Shown here: one piece after another, positions 46,420-61,300 of the stretch
How the letters are laid out: every line of letters starts with the position of its first letter
How positions within the stretch are numbered: position 1 is the first letter of the stretch
Assembly: GCF_036971445.1 (NCBI RefSeq)
Contig: NW_027211801.1
Coordinates: 434,001 to 498,000, forward strand
Source of the DNA: Narcine bancroftii
Lineage: Eukaryota
Reading direction: 5' to 3'
Length of the DNA: 64,000 bases
The notes under the pieces: model-generated
What the model saw: the letters and a program-made list of their open reading frames with translations, nothing else
Told to the model about the DNA's origin: nothing
Database searches by the model: none
Program-made: the position numbers and the translations under genes

Positions 46420-49400
46420 ATGATGGTATGAAGTTCCAGCTTCACCGCATCACCGCCAATGAAATCATAAGCACTTTCGATCAGGACAGTATATTTCCTA
46501 CGGCAGTCTCCGGAGCAAGGCAAATAGGCGACCCTCAATGAGCTACTAACCCACATTTTCGAGCTCTCTGGCAGAGCGCGCTGCCCAATTGCTGTGTATG
46601 GATATATTAGGGCCCCACCAGCCCTAATGAGTTCTAATCGAGGACCACAAACCTTGCCTGCTCTTTGAGGATGTCTTCCTGGAGCAGCTGCCCGAGGTTA
46701 TCCAACTCTTGCTCACGGACGAGGACTTCAGAAATCCTCGTCGTGTCACTGCCCAGGCAGACATGTTCTGGACACTGAAGAAAGACACCGGTGCCGTCAT
46801 GGACCACAAACAACCCCCAGTGAGATCAAGGCCAGCAGAGAGGTAAGTGAACACCCTGCGACACCACCAGCAATGGGGTGTGGAGGCCCATTGATGCTGC
46901 CCACCCTGTGAGTTACCAAAAAATGCCCTGGCCAACCATTGCTGATGGGTGCAGCGGTTGGCCCATGTGATAGCCTCCTCCACATCTGAGACTCACTGTC
47001 GGGCAGGCGTTTCCTGGTCAACACTGGCGCCAAGGTAAGCGCTCTACCCCCTGCAAACCTCGACACCCGCAACAGCAAGGCCAAGCACTGAGGGCAGACA
47101 ACAGCTCCTCCATTCGGACTTTTGGGACTCTCACCATCCTCCTTCATTTCGGCAACAGCCACTTTATATGGACCTTCACCCTTGCGGCAGTGGCGGAACC
47201 GCTTCTGGGGGCCCAATTTCCTCCGGCCCACTGTTTGTTTGTTGACCTCGAGTGATGGCACTTGATGCACGCCAGAACCTTTCAGACTTTGTCTCTGGGG
47301 GAAGCCAAGCTACCTGACCCCCCCCCACCCCCCCGCCTCCTGGACTCTATAACACTGTTGGACATGAATTTGCCTGCATCCTGGCAGAGTTCCCCTCAAT
47401 AGTGGCACAACAGTTCTTCATGGCTGAGCCAAAGCACAGAGTAAGGCAACACATTCTGAGCGAGGGCCCCCTGCTCCATGCCAGGGCATGTTGACTCGCT
47501 CCCAAAAGCTCAGCTTGGCGAAGGAGGAGTTTAAAAAAGTGGACGACCTGGAGATTGTGTGGCACTTCAACATTCCCGGGCCTCTCCCTTCCACGTGGTG
47601 CCCAAATCAGCAGAGGTTTGGAGACTGTGCGGTGACTATACTGCCTCAACAAGGCCACCGCGCCTGACAGATATCCTGTACCCCACATCCAAGAATTTAC
47701 CACCAACCTGTATGAGGGCATGGGTGCTCTCCAAGATGGTCCTCATCCAGGTGTACCTCCAAATCCCAGTTCACCCCCAGGACATCCCCAAGACTGCAAT
47801 CATAACCCCCCTTTGACCTTTTGGAATTTCTCTGAGTGTTTCAGTCTAAAGAACATGGCACAAACTTCACAGCTGATGGACGCAGTGGGTCGGGTCCTCC
47901 CATTTGTGTTCATCTATTTGGACGATATCCTCATCGCCAGCCGCAGCTGCAAAGACCACTCCGCCCACCTCAGATAACTGTGCACCCGCCTGAGTGAGTT
48001 CCAGGCGATGATCACCTCTGTGAAATGCCAGTTTGGTCTAGACACCATTTCCTGGGGCACAGGATTAACAGACACAGGGCTACACCTCTCCCCAAGAAGT
48101 TTTCAGATGGTCTGGCATTTTGCTAAGCCACGTACAGTAAAAGGGCTACAGGAATTCACCGATAAAATAAACTTTTACTGCAGGTACATACTGGCAGTGG
48201 CACACATCACGCTGGAAGACAAGGCAAAAGACATTACTGGGGATGAGGAATATTCCAGGGTGTTCCAGAACGCCAAAGACATGCTGACCTTGATCACCCC
48301 TGACCAGAGGCACCTAACTGTCGATACCTGCAGCACAGAAGTAGGGGTTAGGTTGTGTTATGGAGTCCAGAGGACCCCAAAAATAAGCAGCAATAGAAAT
48401 GCACCACAACACAGGGTCACTTCAACCAAAGTAGTTTTTAATTATATTTGAACAAGAAAACAGAATTAGACTTTAACTTATTACTTAATCTACCTAACAA
48501 TCCTCTCTTTAAAATATTTAAAATTACAGAAGTTCTTTGGATCACAGTCCAATTTCATTGGTTCCAGGCAATTCTTGTACTGTGCACAGAAGTTAGCATT
48601 AACAAAGTTCACCAGGCTTTGATGTTTACCACTCAGGAGGGTTCTTGCTGGTTTTCAGGGAGAGATTCCTTTTCCAGAACATCTGCAACTGATTCCTTCT
48701 CAATCAGTCTTGCTGATGAAACATGCCCCCTTCAGGGTTCTCCAGATGATCTTCTTTCTTTCAGGTCACCTTTCAGTCCGCCAGTCTTCTCCTTTAACCA
48801 GGCAGCCTTCCAAAGTTTGCCAGCTTGTCCTTCTGGAACTGATTTCTGTGACTCTTTCTCTCTCTATCACTCCCTCCCTCTCTGAGAGCAAAGCTGTCTG
48901 TCTGCCTGGAAAAATCACATGCACTCCCAGCAAACTGCTGTATCTTGCTGCTTTGTTGCCTCCTGCAAAAAGCATTCTGCAAAAGTCCTACAAATATTCT
49001 GTGTTTTTAAAATATGGGTGTGCAAGCTGCTCTGACAAATTCTCTCAATTCATCTCTAAATACTCTGTGACAGTTGGAACAATTCATCGAGGGCCTTTTT
49101 TACCAGTAAACTCTTCCCCCCCAGAACTCAAATACTGTGCTTTTGACCAAGAGCTATTAGCCTGAACCTGCTAATAAGACATTTCCGTAACTTTTTGGAA
49201 AGCCGGCAATTCAGGGTGTTCACCGATCGAAAGTTGCTGACCTTTGCCTTCCCTAAGGTTTCGGGCCCGTGTCGGCCCGACGACAGAGACACTTGTCCTA
49301 CGTGTCTAAATTTACCAGGGGCATCCAACATATTGCGGGGAAAAACAGCGTGGTCGCCGTAGCTCAATCATGCCCTGCGATCGAATCGATACATGCCCTG

Positions 49401-50752
49401 TCCCAAGGGGTTGTCTACGTGGCCCTCATCAAGGCAAAGCAGCAGGACTCTGAGATCGGCTGCAGGAGATGCCAAGTTTTCTAGGCCATCCATAACCTGG
49501 CACACCCTGCCATCCACAACACGATCAAAATGGTGGCTGACAGTTATGTCTGGCATACCCTCAGGTCAGCCAGTGGGCCAAGAACTGCATGAACTCCAAA
49601 GTGCAGGTTGATATGACAGCACCCACACAGACTTTTGAGCTGGCACTGCGCAGGATCAGCCACGTCCACATTGACAGTGGAGTGTTACCAGTTTCCCATG
49701 GGGTGAGATACCTCTTGACCATGGTTGACTGCTCCACAAGGTGGGCAGAGACGGTCCCACTGACTGATATCACCACAGAAACCTGCACCAGGACACTAAT
49801 TGACACATGGGTCCCAGAGCACCTAACCGCGGACAGCGGGCATAATTCACCCCCAGGCTCTGGGCAGTACTGGCTAACTTTCTGGGGACACAGCTCCACC
49901 ACACCACATATCATCCTCAGGTCAACAGGTTGGAGGAGCGCTTACACGGGCACCTCAAGGCAGCCTTGATGGCCTGCCTCAAGGGTCCCAACTGGGTGGA
50001 CGAATCACCTTGGTTCCTATTGGGAATTCGTACCCTGCCAAAGGAGGACTACAATACCTTGGTGGCAGAGATGATCTACGCCGTGCCTTTAATCATACTT
50101 GCCAGCACTGCAGTGACCCTTGAGACCCTGTGGCAGATGCTGGGGTCCCTGGTCCTGCAGCAACCCCCACCGCATGGCCAGCCCAAACATAGCATCCTGA
50201 AGGACCTCAAGACATCATTATATGTTCGTGAGGAGGGGTGCACACAGACCACCCTTACAACGACCCTCCGAGGTGCCCTATAAGGTCATTAGGGTCAATG
50301 GCTCCACCCTCATCTTCGACGTCGACATTAAGGAGGAGACCTTTACTGTCAACCGCCTGAAACCGGCATATCTGGACTGTAACAAGTCTCCACTCCGCCC
50401 CATGATGCTGGGCAGACCACAGAAGGCTACGGACAATGGCACGGTCACCGATTCTGGGGCAGGAGTCAGGTAGTGTCCCCTGTGTGGAGATGCAAACCAA
50501 CCTGTAAAATGGCTGGTGGACACGGCAACTGGGTGGACGTGATGGGGTGACACCAGTCGTTTTCCCAGGTGATGGGAAACTCTGGCAAGAATGCCTGCCA
50601 ATGGGAGGTTGACTCTCCGATGACACGTAGCCCTGATGTCAGCACCAGGGGCCCATATAGGCAGATCTGCCAGTGCAATAATGTAGTCTTTGACTTTGAC
50701 TCTTTCAACAGTTTGTCTTCCTTCCACACTCGTCATAGCGCGCAACGCTACA
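46420..50752 (+). mobile_element. Decayed Gypsy retrotransposon (gag, PR, RT, RNase H, IN, 3' LTR)
   Basis: ASPFHVVPK..WRLCGDY, FIYLDDILIAS, YLLTMVDCSTRWAE, ERLHGHLKAAL; PPT near 50453 and LTR ending gctaca near 50752. Confidence 0.88.
48356..49072. mobile_element. Solo LTR inserted in the Gypsy RNase H region
   Basis: TGTTA...TGACA ends; 4-bp TSD GTTG at 48352-48355 and 49073-49076. Confidence 0.85.
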
Positions 50753-50819
50753 CTATCTCCTAACCAATCTAAAACATTGATCTGATAAATCTGACTTCAA
50801 TCGAATGAATTTCTGTGTT

Positions 50820-53800
50820 ACATAGAAACATAGAAGATAGGAGCAGGAGTAGGTCATTCGAACTTTCGAGCCTGCTCCGCCATTCAACGAGATCATGGCT
50901 GATCTTAAAGTTCAGTACCCCATCCTCGCCTTCTCTCCATAACCTTTAATACCCTTATACTGAAGAAATATATCTAATTCCCTCTTAAATATATTTAATG
51001 AACCTGCCTCTACTGCCCTCTGTGGCAATGAATTCCACAGATTCACCACCCTCTGGGTAAAGAAATTCCTCCTCATCTCGGTCCTAAATGATTTGCCTAT
51101 AATCCTCAAACCATGGCCCCGGGTTCTGGATTTTCCCATCATTGGAAACATCCCATCTGCATCCATTCTGTCCAGTCCTGCCAGAATTTTATATGTCTCT
51201 ATGAGATCCCCTCTCAATCTTCTAAACTCCAGCGAGTACAATCCCAATTTGCGCAATCTTTCCTCATAAGTCATTCCTGCCATTCCAGGTATCAGCTTGG
51301 TGAATCGCCTCTGCACTCCCTCCATTGCAAGAACATCCTTCCTTAGATAAGGTGACCAAAACTGCACACAATACTCCAGGTGGGGTCTCACCAAGGCCCT
51401 GTACAGCTGCAGTAAGGTATCCTTGTTTCTATACTCAAACCCTCTTGATATGAAGGCCAACATACCATTTGCCTTTTTAACCACCTGCTGTACCCCTAGG
51501 TATCTCTGCACTTCCCCATCTCTTAATCTATTGCCATTCAAATAGTAATCTGCCCTCTGGTTTGTATTACCAAAGTGGATAACCTCACATTTATCCACAT
51601 TGTAGTGCATTTGCCATGTATCTGCCCAGTCCCTCAATTTATCCAAATCACACTGGAGCTTCCTGACCCCCTCTTTCGTGTACACAAACCCTCCTAGCTT
51701 AGTGTCATCTGCAAATCTGGAGATATTACATCCAATCCCCTCATCCAGATCATTAATGTAAATTGTGAACAGCTGGGGTCCCAGTACAGATCCCTGTGGT
51801 ACCCCACTGGTCACCGCCTGCCACTCAGAAAATGAGCCATTTATCCCAACTCTCTGTCTTCTACCTGCCAGGCAGTTCTCAATCCACATCAATACTTTGC
51901 CACCAATCCCATGAGCCTTGATTTTGTAAGCCAGTCATTTATGCGGGACCTTATCAAAGGCCTTTTGGAAGTCCAGGTACACCACATCCACTGGCTCTCC
52001 CCCATCTATTTTACCTGTCACCATCTCAAAGAATTCCAATAGATCTGTCAAGCACAACTTACCTTTTGTAAATCCATGTTGACTCTGTCCGATCCCTTTT
52101 CTGCTAGTCATATGCTCCGCTATTACATCCTTAATAATGGATTCCATCATTTTGCTCACTACTGATGTTAGGCTCACCGGCCTATAATTCCCCGCTTTTT
52201 CTCTACCCCCCTTTTTAAATAGTGGGTTAACATTAGCTACCCTCCAATCCATGGGTACTGATCCTGAGTCTATCAAGTTCTGGAAAATAATTCTTAAAGC
52301 ATCTGCTATCTGAATGGCCACTTCCTTAAGTACCCTAGGATGTAGATTATCAGGCCCTTGGGATTTATCTGCCTTCAATCCCATCAATTTCCCCAAGACC
52401 ATGTCCTTAGAGATACTGATTTCTTTCAGTTCCTCCCTTGCATTAGTCTCTAGGTTTCCCAACATCCTTGGGAGGTTATTTGTATCCTCTCTTGTAAAAA
52501 CAGAACTAATGTAAGAATTTAATTGGTCTGCCATTTCCTTATTCCCCATTATATATTCCCCTGATTCCGACTGCAAGGGACCTACTCTGGATTTCACCAA
52601 TCATTTCCTCTTGACATATTTATAAAAGCTTTTGCAGTCGGTTTTTATATTTGCCGCAAGCTTACTTTCATAATTTATTTTTGCTCTCTTGATTAATCCC
52701 TTTGTCCTCCTTTGGTGCATCTTGAACTGCTCCCAGTCTTCGGTTGTGGTACTTTTTTTGGCCAATTGATATGCTCTCTCTTTGGACCTAATGCTGTCTC
52801 TAATTTCCCTTGTTATCCACGGTTGAGTCACCTTTTTTGGTTTATTTTTATGCCAAAACGATTTTTGCAATTTCTCCATTAGATCTGTGAATGCTTTCCA
52901 TTGTCTATCCACAGTCAACTTCCCCATAAACACCATCCAATCAATCTTACTCAACTCTCGTCTCATACCATCATAATTCCCTTTATTTAAATTCAGGACC
53001 TTAGTCTCGGTTTTAATTTCATCACTCTCCATGTCGAGTTAGAATTCGATCATATTGTGATCGCTCCTACCCAAAGGGCTCGTACAACAAGATTGTTGAT
53101 TAGCCCCTTATCATTGCATAATACCCAATCTAAAATGGCCTGCTCCCGAGTTGGTTCCTCGACATATTGGTCTAGATAACCGTCCCGTAAATATTCAAGG
53201 AATTCCTCCTCCTCAGTATTTTTACCAATTTGACTAGTCCAATCTATATGCAAATTAAAGTCTCCCATGATGACAGCTGTTCCCTTATTGCATGCTTTTC
53301 AAATTTCTCTTTTAATGCCTTCCCTCACATCTACACTACTATTTGGAGGCCTATATACCACCCCCATTAACGTTTTCCGCCCCTTGCTATTCCTCAGTTC
53401 TACCCATATAGATTCCGCATCTTCTGAGTTGATATCCTTTCTGTCAATCGTGTTGGTCCCTTCTCTCACTATCAATACTACCCCACCCCCTTTTCTTTCT
53501 TGCCGATCCCTCCTAAATATCGTATACCCCAGGATGTTAAGTTCCCAGGCTTGCCCACCCTGCAGCCATGTTTCTGTAATCCCAATCAAATCATATTTGT
53601 TTATCTCAATTTCCACAGCTAATTCATCTACCTTGTTCCAAATGCTTCTTGCATTAAGATATAAAGCCTTCAAATTTGCTTTTTTCACCCTCCTTGCTCT
53701 TTCTGATTTTTTACTTTCGCTGCCTAACCTAACTTTTCCTGTTTTATCTTTTCTGTCCTTTGCCCTATCATACAGGTTCCCACCCCCCTGCCAAATTAGT

Positions 53801-54980
53801 TTAAACCGCACCCAACGGCTGTACCAAACCTAGCTGCCAATATATTGACCCCTTTTGGGTTTTGGTGTAACCCATTCTTCTTGTAGAGGTCATGCCTTTC
53901 CAAAAAGAGATCCCAATGATCCAAGAAGCCAAAACCCTGTCCTTTACACCAGCCCCTCAGCCACACATTCATTTTTCTTAACCTTCCATTTTTGTCCTCA
54001 GTTGCACTTGGCACAGGTAGCAAACCAGATATCACCTATTTCTTAGTTTCTGTCCTAGCTCTCTGTAATCCTTTTTCAGTACTTCCTCTTTCTTTTTATC
54101 TATGTCATTGGTACCCACATGTACCAAGACATCAGGCTGTTCGCCTTCCCCTTTTAGAATACCCTGGACCCGATTTGAGATATGCCACACCCTTGCAACA
54201 GGGAGGCAGCACACCATGCGGGTATACCTATCTGGCTCACAGAATCTCCTATCTGTATTTCTGACAATGGAGTCCCCAATGACCACTGCATTCCTCTTTA
54301 CCTTTTGGTCCACCATGCCAGGCTCAGTGCCAGCGACCTGGGTACTGCTGCCAGCTTCTGTCAGGTCAACTCCCTCAACAGCATCCAACAAAATATACCT
54401 GTTACTGAGAGGGATATTCGCAGGTGTGCTCTCCATTTTCCTGGTATTTTTCTTCCCTCCCCTGACAGTTACCCACTTACCTGACACATCTTGTCTTGGG
54501 GTAACTATGTCCCTGAAAGTTGAATCTATCAACTCCTCTCTCTCCCTTACCAGCTGTAGGTCCTCAAGTTGCAGCTCCAGTTCCCCAACTCGGTCCTTAA
54601 GGAACTGCATCTCGGTGCACCTGACGCAGATGTGGCTATTTGGGAGGGTGGGACTCACCCATGGTTCCCACATCTGACATCCAGAACAAAGCACTAACCA
54701 CATAGGCATGACTGAGCTAAAATAATGCCGCTTACCCTTCTCCTCGCCTGCTTTTGGCCGCTCCTTGCTGGCCGCTCCCTCCCCTTTTACTCCTTTTACT
54801 GGCCCCTTGACCAATTAACCTTTGACCAATTAACCCAGTCACTCTCTCCAAGCTCCTGCTCCTCTGACTCACAGCCCGATTTGAGTAGGCCCAAGCCCCA
54901 GTAAGCCCTTGTATTTAACTGCTTACCTCCACGTCACTCTCTCCGAGCTTCTCCTCCTTCGACTCCCAGCTCGAATTTAC
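50820..54980 (-). mobile_element. Near full-length CR1 LINE
   Basis: ORF1 54814-54032 (CSGC..HICVRC zinc finger, GDSIVR esterase); ORF2 fragments APE and RT (SGVPQGSVLGP, FADD); TTCTATG-type tail at ~50820. Confidence 0.95.
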
Positions 54981-55399
54981 ATGTAGATTGGACCAGCCAA
55001 ATTAGTAAGTCCAGCTATTTATTCTACTCACCCTCTGATGCTGTCTCCTGACATTCCCATAATTCTCCTTCCATCTTTCGTTCCTATCTTTTTTCCTTCA
55101 GACCTCGTAATTCAATGAGTCTCTCACCTGGTAGAATTTCGCCACCCTTCAACCTACTGTGAATCTTAACACTTTCTCGTAACCACAAAAGAAAAACTTA
55201 ACACAATACTAAAACAAATAACTCTTATACAATATGTTAACTAAATGGCCAAGACCTTTAACTTTTATATCTATGACTCTACTAGGGGACTCTAACCCCT
55301 ATTCCTCTAGGGGGCCTCTAACCCCCATTTTTTCCAGGGGACTCTAACCCATGGATTTTTAAGCTTTATTCCTTGGCTTCTATCATTACTGGAGATCTA

Positions 55400-58300
55400 A
55401 GACCGCTGTCCACAGTTATGGAGTGGTGCACCCTGGAACCGGCCTGCGTGCATTTACTCCTGCCGTGGCCTAAAAGGGGAGGCAGGCCTCTTCAACCCGG
55501 TTAAGCAACCTGCAAAGGAGAAGGTCACTCCGATATAAAACCGACGACCCAAGGACCTCGCTGCCACGTCCCAGCTTGCTTGGCCACGGCACACGAACCA
55601 TGGGTATAAAGGGTAGGGCCAGTACTGCGCACACTGCACTCCACCTAGAAGCTACTTTGCGCAGGCCCGAGGACATGTCTACGTCCTCCCCCTCAAAAGA
55701 TGCACACAAACTCAAGCTGGCATGCTAGACAAGGCTGACAGCCACCGACCTGAACGTCGGTCTGCCCTCATCGCACATGAACTCCTCAGACTCGACATCA
55801 ACATAGCCGCTCTCAGCGAAGTCCACCTTGCAGATGTAGGCAGCCTCCAAGAACATGGCGCGGGCTACAAACTCTACTGGTCTGGCAAGCCTCAGGCTGA
55901 ACAACACCTATCTGGTGTTGGTTTCATGGTCAAGAACTCCATTGCCTCCAAACTCAAAAACCTCCCAACAGGCCACTCTGACCAGATCATGTCCTTGTGA
56001 CTCCCCCTTCAAAACAAGTGATGCATCACTCTCATCAGCGTCTATGCTCCAACCTTTCAGGCGGAACCGGCATAAAAGGACAAGTTCTACACTGATCTGC
56101 GCAACCTCATCCAACGCACCCCTACAGCCGACAAGGTTGTCATCCTTGGCGACTTCAATGCTCGTGTCAGCAAAGACTCAGAAACCTGGCCAGGAATCCT
56201 TGGGAAGCATGGTGCCGGCAAGAGCAATGACAACGGGCGCCTCCTGTTGGAACTCTGCGCAGAACAGCGGCTTGTCATTACTAACACCCTTTTCCAGCAG
56301 AGAGACAGCCTGAAGACTACCTGGATGCGTCCCCTATCCAAACACTGGCACCTCCTGGACTACGTTCTTGTGCGAGGAAGAGACAAATGAGATGTGCTCC
56401 ACACCAGGGTCATGCTCAGCGCGGAATGCCACACTGACCATCAGCTTGTTCATTGCAAGCTGAACCTTCACTTTAAGCCAAAGTTCAAGAACAGTGGAGC
56501 CCCCAGAAAGAGGTTCAATATTGGAAACTTGCAGTCAGACCTAGTGAGAGGAAACTTCCAGGCAAACCTCCAAGCAAAGCTCGAGGATGCAAAGTGGCTC
56601 ACGGACACGGAGGAGGTAATGAAAAGGGATTATAGTTAACTGGGACGAAATCTGAAAGACAGGAACGCGAGGGTGGTGATCTTGGGATGACTACCTGTTC
56701 CAAATGCAAGTGATGAAAAGAATGTAAGGATAAGGAAAATGAACGTGTGGCTGAGGTGCTGGTGTACAAGGCAAGAATTTGGCTTCTTGGATCATTGGGA
56801 TCTCTTTTGAAGAAGGCATGATCATTACAAGAGGGACGGGTTGCACTTAAATCCAAAAGGCGTCAACATTTTGGCAAGTATGTTTGGTACAGCAGTGGGG
56901 CAAGGTTTAAACTAATTTGGCAGAGGTATGGGAACCAGAGTGATAGGGAAAAGGGTAGGGAAGATAAAGTAATGGCCAGGAAAAGTAAAATAGGAAAAGT
57001 AATGTTGGGAGGAGAAAGTAAAATATCAGATGGTGCAGTGAGTTTTCGGGTCAATGATAGTCTTAAGAAAATTACAAAGAAAAATAGTGGACAGAAAAAT
57101 CAAAAGATAAGGTTACAGAAGTCACTAGATATTAAAAGGACAAAGAGCATAAGGGCACTTTATCTGAATGCCCGCAGTATTAGAAATAAGGTTAGTGAAC
57201 TTGAGGCGCAAATCAGTACCCATGCCTATGATTTGGTAGCCATCATGGAAACATGGCTACAAGATGACCCTAAATGGGAATTAAACTTTCAAGGGTATCA
57301 GGTGGTGCAAAGAAATAGACAGGATGGTAAGGGAGGCGGAGTTGCACTCTTAATCAAAGATGAGCTCCAGGCAGTAGTGAAGAATGATATAAGATCTAAA
57401 GAGCATAATGTTGAGTCCATTTGGGTAGAGATAAAGAATAACAAAGGGAAAAAAATTATTGGTGGGTGTTATCTATCGCCCACCAAATAACAATAGTTTA
57501 GTGGCACAGGAAATAAATAGAGAAATAAGTGAGGCATGTAATAATGATACGGCAGTAGTCATGGGGAACTTTAACTTCCACATAGATTGGGAAAATCAAG
57601 TTGGTCGTGGGAGTCTGGAAGAGGACTTCATAGAATGCATCCACGATAGCTTTCTTGAGCAGCATGTTAAGGAACCAACAAGAGAAAATGCTCTCCTGGA
57701 TCTAGTGTTGTGCAATGAGAAAGGTAGAGTAAAGATGTAATAGTCAGAGACATCTGGGAAATAGCGATCATAGTATGATTGAATTTCTCATTCAGATGGA
57801 TGGAGAAATAGTTAGGTCGAAAACTAAGTTATTATGCTTAAACAGGGGTGACTACCATAGGATGAGGGAGGAATTGGGCAGAGTGGGCTGGGAGCACAGG
57901 CTAATTGATGATACAGATGAGGAACAGTGGAAGATATTCAAAGAAATATTTTGTAATGCTCAACAAAAATATATTCCGGTCAGGAAAAAGGGCAGCAAGA
58001 AAGGAAAAAATCATCCGTGGTTAACAAAGGAAATAAAGGAGAGTATAAAATTGAAGGCACAGGTGTACAAAGCTGCAAAGAGCAGTGGGAAACTGGAACA
58101 TTGGGAAACATTTAAGAGACAACAAGGGGTTACAAAGCAGGTAATAAGAAATGGGAAAAAGGATTATGAAAGTAAATTGGCACAAAATATAAAAACAGAA
58201 AGTAAAAAAATTATAAATATATAAATCGGAAGAGGGTGGCCAGAGTTAACATAGGACCCTTGGAGGATGTGAAAGGAAAACTGGTAGCAAAAAATGAGGA

Positions 58301-61300
58301 AATGGCTGAGGCATTAAACAAATATTTTGTGTCCGTCTTCATGGTGGAAGACACCTCCAGCATGCCCAAGTGCGGAGTTAAGGATGCGAATGTTGGGGAG
58401 GGCATTGATAAAATAGTTGTTGCAAAGGAAGTAGTGATGGAGAAACTAATGGGACTAAAGCCAGACAAATCACCTGGCCCTGATGATATGCATACAAGGG
58501 TTCTGAAGGAAATGGCAAAATTTATAGTTGATGCATTGGTGGTCATATACCAAAATTCCTTGGATTCTGGGCAGGTCCCGGCAGACTGGAAGACAGCAAA
58601 TGTCACGCCACTTTTTAAGAAGGGATGTAGGCAGAAGACTGGAAAGGATAGGCCAATTAGCTGCTCGTCTGTAGTTGGAAAAATGCTTGAAGCTGTCATT
58701 AAAGATGAAATAGTGAAACTTTTGGAACATAAGGGTTCAATCAGGCAGACGCAGCATGGTTTTAGAAAGGGAAGAACTTGTTTGACAACTTGTTAGGATT
58801 CTTTGAGGATATAATGGGTGCAGTGGATAGAGGGGAACAGGTTGATGTATATTTGGATTTCCAGAAAGCGTTTGATAAGTTGCCGCACAAGAGACTTATC
58901 AGTAAGTTACAGGAAAGTGGAGTCCGGGGAAGTATATTGGCCTGGATTGAAAATTGGTTGTCTGACAGGAGGCAGAGAGTCGGGATAAATGGGAGTTTTT
59001 CAAGTTGGCAGAGAGTGGTAAGTGGGGTGCCGCAGGGGTCAGTGTTAGGCCCACAACTGTTCATCATTTACATTGATGACTTAGAGGAGGGGACAAAATG
59101 TGGTGTAGCCAAGTTTGCGGATGACACCAAATTGAGTGGAAGAGCAAATTGTAATGAGGATGTGGAGAGTCTGCAGAGGGATATAGTTAAGCTGGATGAG
59201 TGGGCAAAGATCTGGCAGATGGAGTACAATGTTAGTAAGTCAGAGGTTATCCACTTTGGCAAGAAAAATAAAAGAGCTGAATATTATTTAAAGGGTGAAA
59301 AATTACAGCATGCTGTTGTGCAGAGGGACTTGGGAGTGCTTGTGCATGAATCGCAAAAAGTTAGGTTGCAGGTGCAGCAGGTTATTAAGAAGGCAAATGG
59401 AATGTTGGCCTTCATCGCTAGAGGAATTGAATTCAGGAGTAGGGAGGTAATGTTGCAACTGTATAAGGTACTGGTGAGACCGCACCTGGAGTACTGTGTC
59501 CAGTTCTGGTCTCCATATTTGAGGAAGGATATACTGGCTTTGGAGACGGTCCAGAGGAGGTTTACTAGGTTGATCCCTGGGATGAAGGGGTTGACTTATG
59601 ATGAAAGATTAAATCGTCTAGGATTGTATTCGTTTGAGTTCAGAAGAATGAGAGGAGATCTTATAGAAACATATAGGATTATGAAGGGTATGGATAGGAT
59701 AGATGTAGGAAGGTTTTTTGAGCTGGCCGTGGAAACTAAAACGAGAGGAAACAGTCTCAAGATTTGGGGGAGTAGATTTAGGACAGATATGAGGAAAAAT
59801 ATTTTTTCCCAGAGAATAGTGAATGTTTGGAATTCTCTGACCAGGGAAGTGGTTGAGGCTGCCTCATTAAACATATTTAATATTTGGTTATATAACTTTT
59901 TACATGGTAGAGGAATTAGGGGATATGGGGAGAAGGCAGGTAGGTGGATTTAGGTCATAAATTAGATCAGCCATAATCGTATTGAATGGCGGAGCAGGCT
60001 CGATAGGCCATTTTTGGCCTACTCCTGTTCCTACTTCCTATGTTCCTATGTTCCTATGTCTCCTGAAACCCTCTGAGATCAGCTGAAAATGGCCATACTG
60101 CAATCCACTGAAGGGGTACTGGGCTTATCCTCCAGGAAAAACAAGGACTGGTTTGACGAAAACAACCTGGAAATCCAGGAGCTGCTGGCAAAGAAGCGAT
60201 CTGCCCACCAGGCTCACCTTGCAAAGCCTTCCTGGCCAGAGAGAAAATGAGCCTTCCGTCTCGCATGCAGCCACCTTCAGCGCAAACTCCGGAAGATCCA
60301 AAATGAGTGGTGGACTAGCCTCACCAAACGAACCCAGCTTAGCGCCGACATTGGCGACTTCAGGGGTTTTTATGAGACACAAAAGGCTGTGTATGGCCCC
60401 TCACCCCAAGTCCAAAGCCCTCTGCACAGTTCAGATGGCGAAGTCCTCCTCAGTGACAAGATCTCCATCCTCAATCGATGGTCAGAACACTTCCAATCTC
60501 TTTTCAGTGCCAACCGCTCAGTCCAAGAATCTGCCCTGCTACAGTTCCCTCAACAACCCTTGAATCGAGAGCTGGATAAGGACCTTACCCGGGAAGAGAC
60601 ATATAAGGCAATTGAACAACTGAAAAGTGGCAAAGCAGCAGGTATGGATGGAATCCCCCCAGGGGTCTGGAAGGCTGGCAGCAAAGCTCTGCATACCAAA
60701 CTGCATGAGTTTTTCATGCTCTGCTGGGACCAAGGAAAGCTGCCTCAGGACCTTCGTGATGCCATCATCATCACCCTGTACAAAAACAAAGGCGAGAAAT
60801 CAGACTGCTCAAACTACAGGGGAATCACGCTGCTCTCCATTGCAGGCAAAATCTTCGCTAGGATTCTCCTTAATAGACTAATACCTAGTGTCGCTGAAAA
60901 TATCCTCCCAGAATCACAGTGTGGCTTTCGCACAAACAGAGGAACTATTGACATGGTCTTTGCCCTCAGACAGCTCCAAGAAAAGTGCAGAGAACAAAAC
61001 AAAGGACTCTACATCACCTTTGTTGACCTCAACAAAGCCTTTGACATCGTGAGCAGGAAAGGGCTTTGGCAAATTCTAGAGCGCCTCGGATGCCCGCCCA
61101 AGTTCCTCAACATGGTTATCCAACTGCATGAAAACCAACAAGGTCGGGTCAGATACAGCAATAAGCTCTCCGAACCCTTCTCCATTGACAACGGCGTGAA
61201 GCAAGGCTGCGTCCTTGCACCAACCCTCTTTCCTATTTTCTTCAGCATGATGCTGAAACAAGCCATGAAAGACCTCAACAATGAAGACGCTGTTTACATC

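Noticed and set aside
50912-59953. Long RT ORFs as host or domesticated genes
   Set aside because: They are fragments of CR1 ORF2 with neighbouring stops and frameshifts and LINE tails
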